Source: Takakia lepidozioides
Lineage: Eukaryota; Plantae; Bryophyta
Direction of reading: 5' to 3'
Assembly (NCBI GenBank): GCA_030704615.1
Contig: CM060734.1
Coordinates: forward strand, 54,374,001-54,438,000
DNA: 64,000 nt
In this document: piece after piece, positions 20,567-31,424 of the stretch
Position numbering within the stretch: the stretch's first letter is position 1
How the letters are laid out: every line of letters begins with the position of its first letter
Program-made: the position numbers and the translations under genes
The notes under the pieces: model-generated
Database searches by the model: none
Seen by the model: the letters and a program-made list of their open reading frames with translations, nothing else
What the model was told of the DNA's origin: nothing

Positions 20567-23542
20567 TTAGTAGGCTGTCTTGAGCTGTGATAGGCTGTGT
20601 TGCACTGTGGTAAGCTGTGATAGGCTGTGACACGCTGCGGTAGTTGTGATAGGCTGTGTCACGCCTTGCTGGGTTGTGGTTGGCTGTGTCACGTCGTGAC
20701 GGGCTGTGATAGGCTGTGTCACGTCGTGACGGGCTGTGGTAAGCTGTGTTGCGCCTTGCTGGCTGTGGTTGGCTGTGTCACGTCGTGATGGGCTGTGATA
20801 GGCTGTGTCACGCCGTGATGGGCTGTGATAGGCTGTGGTGCGCCTTGCTGGGCTGTGGTTGGCTGTGTCACGTCGTGATGGGCTGTGATAGGCTGTGTCA
20901 CGCCTTGATGGGCTGTGATAGGCTGTGTCACGTTTGTTTTGCCCACCCCGGTCATATATACTGGGCCTAGCGACAAGTGTTCCATACTCCGTTCGTAACA
21001 CTGGTGCAGCCCGTGACTGCTCTTGCGGTTCAACATGCAAATCATGTTGCAGGGGTTTGTCATGGATACCACTGTACCCCTTCAACTTATTTGCATTGAC
21101 TCTTCCCAGCATTTCCTTGTTAATGGTTTGTAACATGGCTGTGTTGTTATCATACATCTTTTGTATGACATAAGGTCCTTTCCATGGTGATTTAAGCTTA
21201 GAAGCTTGAATCTTTCCTTTCTTCTGCAACCATAAAACCAAATCCCCCGTCTTAAAAGTCTTTAATTTGCCTTTATCAAACTGTTCCTTTCGCTTCATCT
21301 GAATTCTGGTCATATTATCAGCTGCATCAGCACGTACTTCTTCCACATGGTATAATTCATGTTTCCTGACCTTGATGGAGTCTTGCAATTCCATTCTTTT
21401 TCCCCACTCTGTTCTCATGGTAGGTAACAGGAATTCCACTGGAAGTAAGGCTTCCATACCATAAACTAATTGGAATGGTGTATACTTAGTGGTGACTTTA
21501 TATGAAGTCCTGTATGACCACAAAGCTGTCAGCAGCTTTGTATCCCAATCCGTTCTGTTTGCATTGACTATCTTAGCCAAGATAGTACATAGTATTTTGT
21601 TGGTAGCCTCTGCCTGTCCATTACCCTGTGGGTAATATGTTGTACTCTTTCTATGCACAATCATAAACTCTTTAGTCAATAACTCAATGGTCTCATTCAT
21701 GAAGTGACTTCCTTGATCACTGATAAATTCTAAGGGACATCCAAATCGTGTAAGTATGTTCTCGTACAGGAACCTTGCTGTGGACTTGGCTGTGTTGTCC
21801 CTCAAAGCTTTAGCTTCCACCCACTTTGTAGTATAATCAGTGGCTGTAATTATGTACCTGTTTCGTGTATTCTTGGATGGTGGATTAATTGGTCCAACAA
21901 AGTCTAGTCCCCATTTCTGAAATGGTTCCGTAGGCATTGTAGGATGCAAGGCCATTCTTCCAGATCTCTGCAAAGGTCCTAGCCTCTGACATTCATCACA
22001 CTTCTGACAATACTCATGTACATCTTTGAACAACGTAGGCCACCAGTATCCTGCGAGTAGTATCTTTCTACTGGTAGTCTCTTCTCCAAAATGACCTCCA
22101 GCCACTCCTTTATGAACTTCCTCCAAGACTTTATTTACTTCATGGTGGTACAAGCATCGTTTTAGTACTCCATCAGGTCCTAACTTATACATTCTGCTTC
22201 CTACCATAGTATAAGGTAAAGCTCTGATAGCAATTCTTTTCCTTTGCTCCTTACCATAACTAGGTGGGCACTGACCATGAGCAAGGTAGTATCTGATTGG
22301 CCATTGCCAATCTAACCATTCATCTGCACTTCCTTGCACCTCCATTACAAATAAACTCGCATCAGGTAACTGATCGTCCACTCCTGTGGCGGCCTCTCCT
22401 GTTGTTAGTCGTGACAAATGATCTGCCACAAGATGCAAACGGCCAGGCTTGTAAATAACCTCGAACTCAAACTCATGCAAGATTATTAACCACCTCGCTA
22501 TCCTTCCACTTATCAAAGGTTTGTTCACCAGATATATCAGAGCCTGGTGATCCACATAAAACATAAACTTTCTTCCCAATAGGTAATGCCTGAATTTCTT
22601 CACTGCATAGATCATTGCCAATGCTTCTCTTTCCGTTGTGCTATAGTTCCTCTCAGCACTGTTCATCAACCGGCTAGCATAGTACACAGGTGAATCTATA
22701 TTCCCTGTAACATTCTGGGCTAACACCGCTCCCAATGCTTCTCCTGATGCATCGCAGTGAACATGAAATACTACATGCCAGTGAGGGTTAATCAGCACAG
22801 GTGTAGTTGTTACTGACAGTGTAAGTTCCTCAAACGCCTGTTGACATTCAGCTGTCCATGCAAACACTGCATCTTTCTTCAGAAGCTTGCTCAATGGTGC
22901 TGCTATTTGTGCATACCTTTTGACAAATCTTCTGTAATAACTGGTTTGCCCAAGGAATCTCCTTAAACTCTTAACATTCACTGGTGGTGGAGAGACTTTA
23001 ATGGACTCTGTCTTCCTGGGATCCACAAGAAGTCCCTTCTTACACACTATGTGTCCCAGAAGCACCCCTGAGTTCACACAGAAAGTACACTTCTCTGGAT
23101 TCAAGCCCAGACCTCTCATCCTGCATCTGGCCAGGCATAACTCCAATTTATGCAAGTGCTCATTCTTAGAGCTGTACACACTGAAATCATCCAAAAACAC
23201 CTGCATGAAATCATCCAGATACTCTTGAAAAGATTCACTTATCACTCTCTGAAAGGTCGCTGGTGCATTACAAAGTCCAAAGGGCATGACTTTGTATGCA
23301 TAAGCCCCCCAGTCTGTGATGAAAGCTGTTTTCCCTTGGTCTTCTTCTGCCACTTGCACTTGATTATAACCACTGAAGCCATCCATGAATGAGTACATCT
23401 CATGGCCTGCCACAGTGTCTAATACTGCTTCTGTGAATGGCAAAGGGAAAGGATCTTTCTTCGTACAAGCATTCAGCTTCTTATAGTTCACACATACTCT
23501 TAGTTTGCCATTCTTCTTGGGAACTATAACAATGGGTGACAA
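20567..23542 (-). CDS. pol: pol: reverse transcriptase, RNase H, integrase
   Basis: [34 protein letters not shown] zinc finger, WGLDFVGP, ISDQGSHF, WKGPY. Separated from gag-PR by a 10-bp deletion near 23555 relative to copy 2. Confidence 0.95.
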   Translation of the reverse strand: MSPIVIVPKKNGKLRVCVNYKKLNACTKKDPFPLPFTEAVLDTVAGHEMYSFMDGFSGYNQVQVAEEDQGKTAFITDWGAYAYKVMPFGLCNAPATFQRVISESFQEYLDDFMQVFLDDFSVYSSKNEHLHKLELCLARCRMRGLGLNPEKCTFCVNSGVLLGHIVCKKGLLVDPRKTESIKVSPPPVNVKSLRRFLGQTSYYRRFVKRYAQIAAPLSKLLKKDAVFAWTAECQQAFEELTLSVTTTPVLINPHWHVVFHVHCDASGEALGAVLAQNVTGNIDSPVYYASRLMNSAERNYSTTEREALAMIYAVKKFRHYLLGRKFMFYVDHQALIYLVNKPLISGRIARWLIILHEFEFEVIYKPGRLHLVADHLSRLTTGEAATGVDDQLPDASLFVMEVQGSADEWLDWQWPIRYYLAHGQCPPSYGKEQRKRIAIRALPYTMVGSRMYKLGPDGVLKRCLYHHEVNKVLEEVHKGVAGGHFGEETTSRKILLAGYWWPTLFKDVHEYCQKCDECQRLGPLQRSGRMALHPTMPTEPFQKWGLDFVGPINPPSKNTRNRYIITATDYTTKWVEAKALRDNTAKSTARFLYENILTRFGCPLEFISDQGSHFMNETIELLTKEFMIVHRKSTTYYPQGNGQAEATNKILCTILAKIVNANRTDWDTKLLTALWSYRTSYKVTTKYTPFQLVYGMEALLPVEFLLPTMRTEWGKRMELQDSIKVRKHELYHVEEVRADAADNMTRIQMKRKEQFDKGKLKTFKTGDLVLWLQKKGKIQASKLKSPWKGPYVIQKMYDNNTAMLQTINKEMLGRVNANKLKGYSGIHDKPLQHDLHVEPQEQSRAAPVLRTEYGTLVARPSIYDRGGQNKRDTAYHSPSRRDTAYHSPSRRDTANHSPARRTTAYHSPSRRDTAYHSPSRRDTANHSQQGATQLTTARHDVTQPITARHDVTQPTTTQQGVTQPITTTAACHSLSQLTTVQHSLSQLKTAY
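20571..20931. repeat. ~30-bp minisatellite built of 10-bp GGCTGTG subunits at the end of pol
   Basis: Repeated ggctgtgata ggctgtgtca cgNNNtgatg units. Homologous array at 43458-43700. Confidence 0.9.
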
Positions 23543-26500
23543 CCAAGTTGTATACTCTTAAACTTAGCCTCAGCCAACTTCTTTATCTCTTCTCCAACCT
23601 TCTGTGCGTAGTTGGGATTCATTCTATACCTCGCCTGCTTGATTGGCACTGACCCTGGTTCCAGTTCAATTTTATGCTGACAGACTTCAGGTGGTATCCC
23701 TTTTAGATCCTCATAGCTCCAAGCAAATACATCTCTGTATTTGATGAACAAGCTTTTAGCTTCTTCGAAGAATTCCGGCTCCAAATCAGCTCCTACTTTC
23801 ACCATCCTTGGTTCCTCCGGAGTTCCCACATTTACTTCTCTCACCTGCTCATCAGCTGTGATTGTCCAACCAGTCACCACTTCATCCTGTAAGCTCACAG
23901 TGGCTGGTTCTTCTAGGATTTCTATTTCTCCTTCTCTTTCTTCATAGAAATGTGATGGGTAAATGCTGGTTTCTTCTTCCGTTGGTGTTGCTGTCACTAC
24001 ACCACAGCAGATACCTCTCAAACAACTTAGGCTTTCCAGCCGCATCTCTGCAACTTGCTCCCACTCTGGGTGTGCAGCAAATAGGGTAGCTTCCTGCTCC
24101 TCATCCAGTCCTCCCCTCCAGTCATACTCTCTGACTCCTCGAGGTCTTCTTGTAGCAGGTAATCTACTAGATTTCTTTGTGGTAATTTGTATCTCGTGCA
24201 TCCCATTATGCACAGTTAGTAACTGAGAATTCCAGTCATGGAATACCCTGGCCTGTTTCAGCCACGGACGTCCCAATAATAAGGAATAAGCCTCCATGAC
24301 TTCATCCATTTTTAATACAGTTACTGTGATCAGAAAGATCATTTTCTGTATCTGTATCTTAACTCCTCTTATTAATCCCAATGGCTGTACACTTCTTTGA
24401 TCTGCCATTGTTACTGTAAATGGGGCTGGTTTCATGTTACTTAGACCAAGCTTCTTCCTTAATTGGTCTGTCATGATATTTACTCCAGAACCACCATCTA
24501 TCAGTACATCAGTTAGTTCTGTGCTTCCAATTCTCAATTGGATTACTGGCATAGAATCATCAAAGTCCATGACTGGTTCTCGCCCTTCCGGCTTCACATT
24601 ATAACTGGTCACCTTGCTGTTCAGGTCTGTGTTTCCTGTTTCTTGGGCAATTCGATTGATTGCCTGATACAGCCTGTGCCTACAATAAGGTGCCACAGCT
24701 AATAGCTGTCCAATGGTAATTTCTGCTTTGGTCTGACATATTACTTCAGCCAAAGTCTCTTCATTACTTTGCATGTCTGCATCTTCTTTTCTCCTTTCTT
24801 CCTCACTCTCCTCTTTTTCTCCATCCGAATCAGAGGAATCTGCCACAGGAATATCAGTACTCTTTTGCATTTCCCTTATAGTATCTGCCACTTCCTTGTG
24901 CAGTTCCTTCTCATCCTTCCAAGTCTCTTCATCTTCAGGCATATCATTGCCACTTCCAGTCTCATCTTCTTCCTCTTCTACTGGAGGTATTAGTTTAGCT
25001 TTACTTCTTGTTACTATCATTGTACTTACTTCTGGTACAACACATGGCCTAACCATGTGAGCTGCCACCACTGGGCCCTCATTCACAGGAGCTCTCATCT
25101 CATTCTGGTGTCTTATCCAGAATGAACAGGCTGCCTTGCGATGTCCTGGCTGATTACAATAGTAACATAGCTCTTCACCATTGGGTCCTCGCCCTTGGTC
25201 TGGTCTTGGATTATTTCTATAATCCTGATTCCCGGGCTGGTAATTCCCCCTCGGATTACCCTGATAGTTGCCTCTGGAATTTCCTTGGTAATTCCCTCTT
25301 GAATTACCTCTTCCTTCCATGCCATTGTTATAACCACCAGACCTACCATAGTGGTCCTGATCATTGCTTCTTCTTGGCTGGGGTTGCACCTGATGCACCC
25401 TCACTTGCCTAGGTTCTCTGGCAGCTGTCCTTCTGTTGTAGTAACAATTCTCAGTAGAATGGTTATCCATTTTACAGATAGTACAGTGTTTCTCCTTCAT
25501 GTGGCATTCTGTAGTGGTATGGCCTTCATTCTGGCACTTTGCACACCATACACCCTTCCTCCAATGTGTTGCAGCCTCTGTGGCATACTTCTTCAAGATT
25601 TCTTCCAATCTTTTCTCATAGTTATCCCTCTTCAACTTTTCCTTTCTCTTACTCTTTCTTTTTAGTTCTTGCTCTTCTTCTTCATCTGACTCATCTTCAG
25701 AGTCCTCATCTTCCTTTTTCTCTCTCCTGAGCATTCCCAATTGCTCAATTCTGTTCGCAGTTTCAAATGCCTCCTCCACTGTATTATGGGGTAACATATC
25801 CACTTTCTTCTGCAACTCTGGTCTTAGTCCACTCACAAACCAAGTCTTCTGTAAACCGGGTGCTGGTACTGCAGCCAGCTTTTTCATCATCAATTCCATC
25901 TTCTCCATATACTCTTCAACAGTTTCATGCTTCTTCTGCTTCAGCTGTTGTAAACTTCCATACACTTCATCCTCAGTTTTACTTGTCCTGAACCTATTTC
26001 GAAATGCTGTATTCAAGCCATTCCAGGTTAGGAAATGATTATCAGGGAATCTTGCATACCATTCACTTGCTTTCTTGATAAGTGAACAAGGAAACAGTCT
26101 CATCTTGGCATCATCGCCATTCTCATTGTTCACTATACACATGTGCTCAAATTGGCTAATGTGTACATCGGGATCCCCTTTTCCTGAATATATTGGAAAG
26201 GGTGGTTTTGCCCGTGTTGGTTGTAACGCCATCTGTGGCCCTACCTTCTGCCCACTGACAGGTGCTGGCACCCTTGCTGGTGCTGGTCCTTCTGGACCTG
26301 TTGTTTTTGTGGTGGATCTTCCACCAAGTGGTGGCCCTTGAGCACTCCCTGCTTCTGGCCCCACGATATTCACAGTATTCCCAGCTTCAGTTGCACTACT
26401 TCCCACACTCCCTGTCCCCCCAGAGCCAGATCCAGGCAGCCCGCCTGATCCCCCTGAGCCGACACCTTCGTTGGCCTGTGATCCAAGTGCTCCACTTGAT

Positions 26501-27063
26501 CCAGGTCCAACGGGTTGGGATGTCCTGGTTGTAGTCTCAACCTCAGCTGTTGGGTCTACTTCTTCATATTCTTCCTCTTCCAATTTCTTCTCTCTGTTTT
26601 CATCATTCAAGTTCTGCCCTTGGGTTTCTTCTTCACTCATGTAACTCAACTGTAATGGTGTTGGAGAGTCTGAACTCTCCGTTGGCTCTGCCACATCCTC
26701 ATCTCCTTCTTCATCTTCTGCTTCAGAAACTGGAGTTCCTGCTTTTGGTGTTCCATGCCAACTTTTATCAAAGATTTCTGTCAAATCTTTTATCCAAGGA
26801 TGTACCTCAGATCTTTCACCTCTTGATTGATCTTCTTCCTGTACCAATTCCCTTAATCTTTCTTGCAAAGAAACAGAAGGAGTGGCATCCAACTCTAGTT
26901 CTTCCGGTATAGGTGATGCACTTTTTGATCTTGATGGTGTGAGAGGTCCAGATGATTCCCCTATGTCTATTCCTCTCTCCCAAAGATATGGATAATTAGC
27001 TTTCAGATAGCTTTCCCTTTTTAATGAATATCTTTGTCGTCTAGCTTCTCTTTCATCACTCAT
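23524..27063 (-). CDS. gag: gag-protease polyprotein
   Basis: Retrotrans_gag (YSGKGDPDVHISQFE..KMRLFPCSL..ASEWY), CCHC knuckles, protease VLIDGGSGVNIM and LLLGRPWL. Confidence 0.95.
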   Translation of the reverse strand: MSDEREARRQRYSLKRESYLKANYPYLWERGIDIGESSGPLTPSRSKSASPIPEELELDATPSVSLQERLRELVQEEDQSRGERSEVHPWIKDLTEIFDKSWHGTPKAGTPVSEAEDEEGDEDVAEPTESSDSPTPLQLSYMSEEETQGQNLNDENREKKLEEEEYEEVDPTAEVETTTRTSQPVGPGSSGALGSQANEGVGSGGSGGLPGSGSGGTGSVGSSATEAGNTVNIVGPEAGSAQGPPLGGRSTTKTTGPEGPAPARVPAPVSGQKVGPQMALQPTRAKPPFPIYSGKGDPDVHISQFEHMCIVNNENGDDAKMRLFPCSLIKKASEWYARFPDNHFLTWNGLNTAFRNRFRTSKTEDEVYGSLQQLKQKKHETVEEYMEKMELMMKKLAAVPAPGLQKTWFVSGLRPELQKKVDMLPHNTVEEAFETANRIEQLGMLRREKKEDEDSEDESDEEEEQELKRKSKRKEKLKRDNYEKRLEEILKKYATEAATHWRKGVWCAKCQNEGHTTTECHMKEKHCTICKMDNHSTENCYYNRRTAAREPRQVRVHQVQPQPRRSNDQDHYGRSGGYNNGMEGRGNSRGNYQGNSRGNYQGNPRGNYQPGNQDYRNNPRPDQGRGPNGEELCYYCNQPGHRKAACSFWIRHQNEMRAPVNEGPVVAAHMVRPCVVPEVSTMIVTRSKAKLIPPVEEEEDETGSGNDMPEDEETWKDEKELHKEVADTIREMQKSTDIPVADSSDSDGEKEESEEERRKEDADMQSNEETLAEVICQTKAEITIGQLLAVAPYCRHRLYQAINRIAQETGNTDLNSKVTSYNVKPEGREPVMDFDDSMPVIQLRIGSTELTDVLIDGGSGVNIMTDQLRKKLGLSNMKPAPFTVTMADQRSVQPLGLIRGVKIQIQKMIFLITVTVLKMDEVMEAYSLLLGRPWLKQARVFHDWNSQLLTVHNGMHEIQITTKKSSRLPATRRPRGVREYDWRGGLDEEQEATLFAAHPEWEQVAEMRLESLSCLRGICCGVVTATPTEEETSIYPSHFYEEREGEIEILEEPATVSLQDEVVTGWTITADEQVREVNVGTPEEPRMVKVGADLEPEFFEEAKSLFIKYRDVFAWSYEDLKGIPPEVCQHKIELEPGSVPIKQARYRMNPNYAQKVGEEIKKLAEAKFKSIQLGCHPLL

Positions 27064-27085
27064 GTCCCATGTCTTTCATTTCTTT

Positions 27086-27781
27086 TTAATGTGGCAATAA
27101 CCAAAACTCTCTTCTGTAATATCTCTCGTATATGCCTGGATTTCTTTCAAGCTTCAATGCACCCTTGGCTATACTTGAAGTCTCCGTTACCATATAACCA
27201 TATGGCAAACAAGTCTGAAAAGCTGTTCTTGGTGTGAGTTTGATCCACAAAATATCCTTTGGAATCCAATTCTTTACCAGTACAAGCTCTTCATGCATAT
27301 GAGTATAAACATTCACCTTTCTTTCTTCCCAGCCTTCAAACTCTACTCGTTTAATGGATAGCAATGCTATCACATAAACCAATGTTGGTAACCAACGTGC
27401 TCTTCCTCTACAGGCTACCTGATAAATCTTTATCACTCCTTTCTCCAGACCCCATTCTGGATCAGCATCATGCACTCGTTTAAGAATATTTTCTTTACAT
27501 CCGTCTGGCAATTCCAAGAACCTTTGAAAGAACTGTTTGGACAATCTTTCTTCCTTCGTTTCACAGGGAATTTGATTCACTTCAAATTCTTTAATGGTCC
27601 AACCACCATGATCCCACCAGATGCCTGTCACATCTGGTTGTTCATGTCCCAGTTCCCCAGTATGGTCGCCAAATGTCGCGCGGCTTTTACTCACCCATCC
27701 CTTCGCTATCCGAGGCGGAAACTCCAAGATAGAAGAGTTGGAAATCTCTAAGTACTCAGCCCGCGCAGAACAATCAGTCAT
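27086..27781 (-). CDS. Extra 5' ORF upstream of gag (231 aa, unknown function), initiating inside the LTR
   Basis: Open from ATG 27781 through the LTR end and PBS. The last ~180 aa are conserved and open in copy 2 (36765-37310). Confidence 0.65.
   Translation of the reverse strand: MTDCSARAEYLEISNSSILEFPPRIAKGWVSKSRATFGDHTGELGHEQPDVTGIWWDHGGWTIKEFEVNQIPCETKEERLSKQFFQRFLELPDGCKENILKRVHDADPEWGLEKGVIKIYQVACRGRARWLPTLVYVIALLSIKRVEFEGWEERKVNVYTHMHEELVLVKNWIPKDILWIKLTPRTAFQTCLPYGYMVTETSSIAKGALKLERNPGIYERYYRREFWLLPH
27654..27671 (-). other. Primer binding site (tRNA-Arg-like)
   Basis: TGGCGACCATACTGGGGA two bases after the 5' LTR end. Confidence 0.75.
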
Positions 27782-28745
27782 GACCTACAGCTAGTGTATC
27801 ATGGGGGTGTTTCCTATTTGTTTCCCTTTTCGCATTCATCTTAGCTACCTTACCATTGATAATTACGTATTAGTTTCCTTCACTCCTCCATTCAATCCAC
27901 AGCTTCACTCAGATCTCTCTACACAGTGTGATTGTATCGTATAAATATCAGATTATGATTTATCAGGTATCAGGCCGAAGCCATTGTATCTCTATTCTCC
28001 TCTACAATATCCCTACGGCTTTGCATCTAACAAGCATCTACTAATCCTCCTTCATCGTGCTCTCCGATCTCCGCTTCCGCCTGACTCCCAAGTCCTCCCC
28101 GAATAATGATCTCATCATAATCCCCGTTCTTCCCTTTATCCTCCTATCCGCGGTTCTAACCGTTTCCCTCTCTAACCGTCGTATGTGAACTAACATGTTC
28201 CCTTCTCTGGTGTTGTTCCCCACAGTCGTTCCCTGTCCTACTCTTCGTTCCCTATTATCGTGACAGCTGTGTCAAGCGGTGACTGGCTGTGTTTGGCTGT
28301 GTCGGGCTGTGACTGGCTGTGTGGCTATGCCGGGCTGTGACTGGCTGTGTGGGCTGTGTCTGCTGTGACGACTGTGACGGGCTGTGTGGGCTGTGTGGGC
28401 TGTGACGACTATGACGGGCTGTGTGGGCTGTGACGGCTGTGACGGGCTGTGTTGGCTGTGACGGCTGTGTGGGCTGTGTGGGCTGTGACGGCTGTGTGGG
28501 CTGTGTGGGCTGTGTGGGCTGTGTGGGCTGTGTGGGCTGTGTGGGCTGTGTGGGCTGTGTGGGCTGTGTCGGCTGTGTGGGCTGTGACGGCTGTGACGGC
28601 TGTGTGGGCTGTGTGGGTTGTGTAACCCCCTTCTACAGTGCTCTGCTGTCACCCCTAAGGTTCCTGTTTGTCTCAGTCTGTGCAAAAATTAAGGGTACCC
28701 TACAGATCCCGTATAAGTGTCTAAGTCCCCTACAGTCCTCTAACA
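27674..28745 (-). repeat. 5' LTR
   Basis: Direct repeat of 15233-16295, differing mainly in minisatellite copy number. Confidence 0.95.
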
Positions 28746-29301
28746 TCATCCTCAGCGATGTACTGAGTAGTTATGTAGTCATCAGTGTAGTCCCACAATG
28801 TAGTCATGTAGTCATAAAGTTACGCCTACATCACTATACTCCATCTCACGATTTGGACACGTGTCATAGCAAAGGGATTACGTGTGTCACGCAAACAACT
28901 ATCCATGTAGGCGGACTTCTGTAGTAATGTAGTTATCATGTTAGTCATAACATGTAGTTGTGTAGTCGTGTAGTCCACTGTACCTTGTGGATGAATACAC
29001 ATGTCAAATCCCAAGGATCCCACGTGTCACGCACAAGCCTCTCCATGTAGGCGCAATATTGTAGTGATGTAGTCATAACTTACAGTTGTGTGGTTATTTC
29101 TGTTATGACTACATCACCAAACCCTGCATCACTATCCCATGCCACGTCGTCAGTGACGACCATGACTTCGCACTTATCACTCCGTAGTCATGGTAGAACT
29201 GACTTCGTGTTTGTCACTATAGAGTGAGGTAGTCGTAAAAGCACTTATCACTGAAAATGCAGTGATATCCGTAGTCATAAAAACGTTAACTTGTACTAGT
29301 G
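28746..29301. mobile_element. CACTA terminus with GTAGTCAT subterminal repeats
   Basis: Ends ...TTGTACTAGTG (CACTAGTACAA on minus). Many GTAGTCAT/ATGACTAC copies in both orientations. Confidence 0.75.
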
Positions 29302-29897
29302 CTAGCAAGGTTTGATTTTGTTATTACCTACCGTCCCGGACATCTTCAAGAAAAACCAGATGCTCTTTCTCGACGATCGTATCTTGCGCGAAAAGAAGGG
29401 GATGCAGCTTATGACCAACAGAAATCCATCATCTTGAAACCAACAAATCTCCAAGTGAATATGCGATCAATGTCCACCTATGACGATGTAGAGATCATAA
29501 AAAAGATCCAGGAAGCACTAAAAAAAGAGCAATTTGCCACGACACTACGGAGTCAACTAAATCGACTTCGAGAGAACCCACATGTTACAAACGACTTCGA
29601 ATTCAAAGATGACTTACTTTATTTCAAGGGACTTCTCTATGTACCTCCAGGACCTATACGACTTCGAATTCTTCAAACATGTCATGATCTTCCGGCTCCA
29701 GGACATTTCGGCTTCAACAAAACAATGGAATTGATATCCAGGGACTATTGGTGGCCACAGATGTGAAAACTCGTGAAAGAATTTATAAAAACTTGCGACA
29801 CGTGTGTTAAAGTGAAGGGACCACGACATCGACCTTACGGCCTTCTTCAACCATTACCCATTCCCAAGGGTCCATGGTCGTTCGTGTCTATGGACTT
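29302..29897 (+). pseudogene. Chromovirus-type Gypsy pol fragment (RNase H end to integrase zinc finger)
   Basis: FDFVITYRPG..DALSRR, GHFGFNKTMELISRDYWWPQM*, CDTC, PYGLLQPLPIP..PWSFVSMD. Confidence 0.88.
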
Positions 29898-30081
29898 GTG
29901 TGACGGGCTGTGTTGGCTGTGTTGGCTGTGACGACTGTGACGACTGTGACGGGCTGTGTAACCCCCCTCTACAGTGCGCTGCTGTCACCCCTAAGGCTCC
30001 TGTTGGTCTCAGTCTGTGCAAAAATTAAGGGTACCCTACAGATCCCGTATAAGTGTCTAAGTCCCCGACAGTCCTCTAACA
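29898..30081 (-). repeat. Truncated LTR of the 15233-28745 family
   Basis: GGCTGTG repeats followed by ...cagtcctctaaca, matching the LTR terminus. Confidence 0.9.
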
Positions 30082-30950
30082 AATAACCACTCTGTTAACC
30101 ACTCATTTTGAGTGGTAAAAGACACTAAACCACTCTGGCCCCAGAGTGATGAAGAACCAGTGCATTAGGACAAGTGAGTGGTAAAAGACATTACGTGGCA
30201 CCGGTGGTTAAGGACAGTGGTTCGAACCACTCACGTCCGGGTCCACCTGTTAGCTGACGTGTCACAGTGGTAAATTAACCACTGTGACATGTCAATGACG
30301 TGTCACTGAGGTAAACCAACCACTTATGACGTATCACAGTGGTAAACTGACATGTCATAGTGGTAAAGTAACCACTTCCGTTTTGTAGTGGAGACGTGTA
30401 AGCCGGTGGTCCGTGGCTGATATTGGAGATTATATCAACACGTGGCGACACTCTCAACATGGACACGTGTCGTGTGTCAGTGCTACGAAATGGATGGAGT
30501 GAAATTCAATGATTTCCGAAACCACTTGTTGAGTGATCACAAAATGACTCATAGAGTCATTCTATGAAAACGGAGAATATACAATATCACTCACAGAGTG
30601 GTTATGTGAGTGGATGACATCTCTCAGCAGGTCATTGGAATGATTATACCCACAGAGTGGTGTGTAAGCTATTTGAGTCATTCATGGTGTCTCTCTGAGT
30701 GGGAACTATGAATTGGAGTGATTACTAACAGAGTGGTGTGTAAGTGATTAGGAATACCATTGGAGGAATTCATACCACTAATACAGTAATATATATGTGA
30801 CTACTTATACCACTATACGAGTGGTAATGTAGGCAATTATGTGCATTTGGCTACTCCCACAGTTTTAAATTATACCACTATTATAGTGATGTGCAAGTGA
30901 TTATGAACATGACTAGAGGAACACATACCACTAGTGTAGTGAAAGAAGTA
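30082..30950. mobile_element. CACTA-derived terminal/subterminal sequence rich in ACCACT/AGTGGT repeats
   Basis: Terminus ...CCGTTTTGTAGTG at 30390 (CACTACAAAACGG on minus) with dense ACCACT motifs on both sides. Confidence 0.62.
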
Positions 30951-31148
30951 CCATTGGGGATTCAAACTCCACAAAATAGACTAGAATCCCAGAGAGTTAA
31001 GTGTTGGAACACTGTCAACAAAATCCAGCCATGATAAAAGTCTGAGCCTAACTTCTACACGGCGTCTCCACATGCATGCTACGAACACTGAACTGTTTTC
31101 CTGCCTTCTTCTCACTGCCAGCAATGTCTATGCCCGGGCGAACAAAAT

Positions 31149-31424
31149 CTAAGCCCTCTTCATGTTCTTCTCTGGCCAAAGACAATTCAGACCGACAACA
31201 TCCTCCAACATTGTTTGCGGTGGGACCTCTTCCTCGTTAGGGTGAGGCAAGACACAATTGGCAATATAGATATCATTCACCTCAACGCGCCACAATCCTT
31301 CAGGTATAACACGGCAGTGATATGTGTCTTTGCCAGGCACACCAGTGACAATTCCACAAGCAGCCCTGTGTCGTGGTAAATGAGGATCATACAGGCTGAT
31401 TTTGTCCTTCAACTTAAACTGCAC
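31149..31424 (-). pseudogene. C-terminal exon of a CACTA TnpA-like protein
   Basis: YHCRVIPEGLWRVEVNDIYIANCVLPHPNEE..MLEDVVGLNCLWP resembles the conserved C-terminal domain of En/Spm TnpA-like proteins. Confidence 0.65.

Larger units (their letters stand above)
15233..28745 (-). mobile_element. Near-complete non-chromovirus Ty3/Gypsy LTR retrotransposon (Athila/Phygy-like) with extra 5' and 3' ORFs
   Basis: Near-identical TG..CA LTRs, PBS, PPT, gag-PR-RT-RH-INT order, no chromodomain and no additional archaeal-type RNase H. Confidence 0.95.

Noticed and set aside
23524-23570. Programmed gag-pol frameshift
   Set aside because: Copy 2 is continuous here. Copy 1 has a 10-bp deletion (TATACCCAAT).
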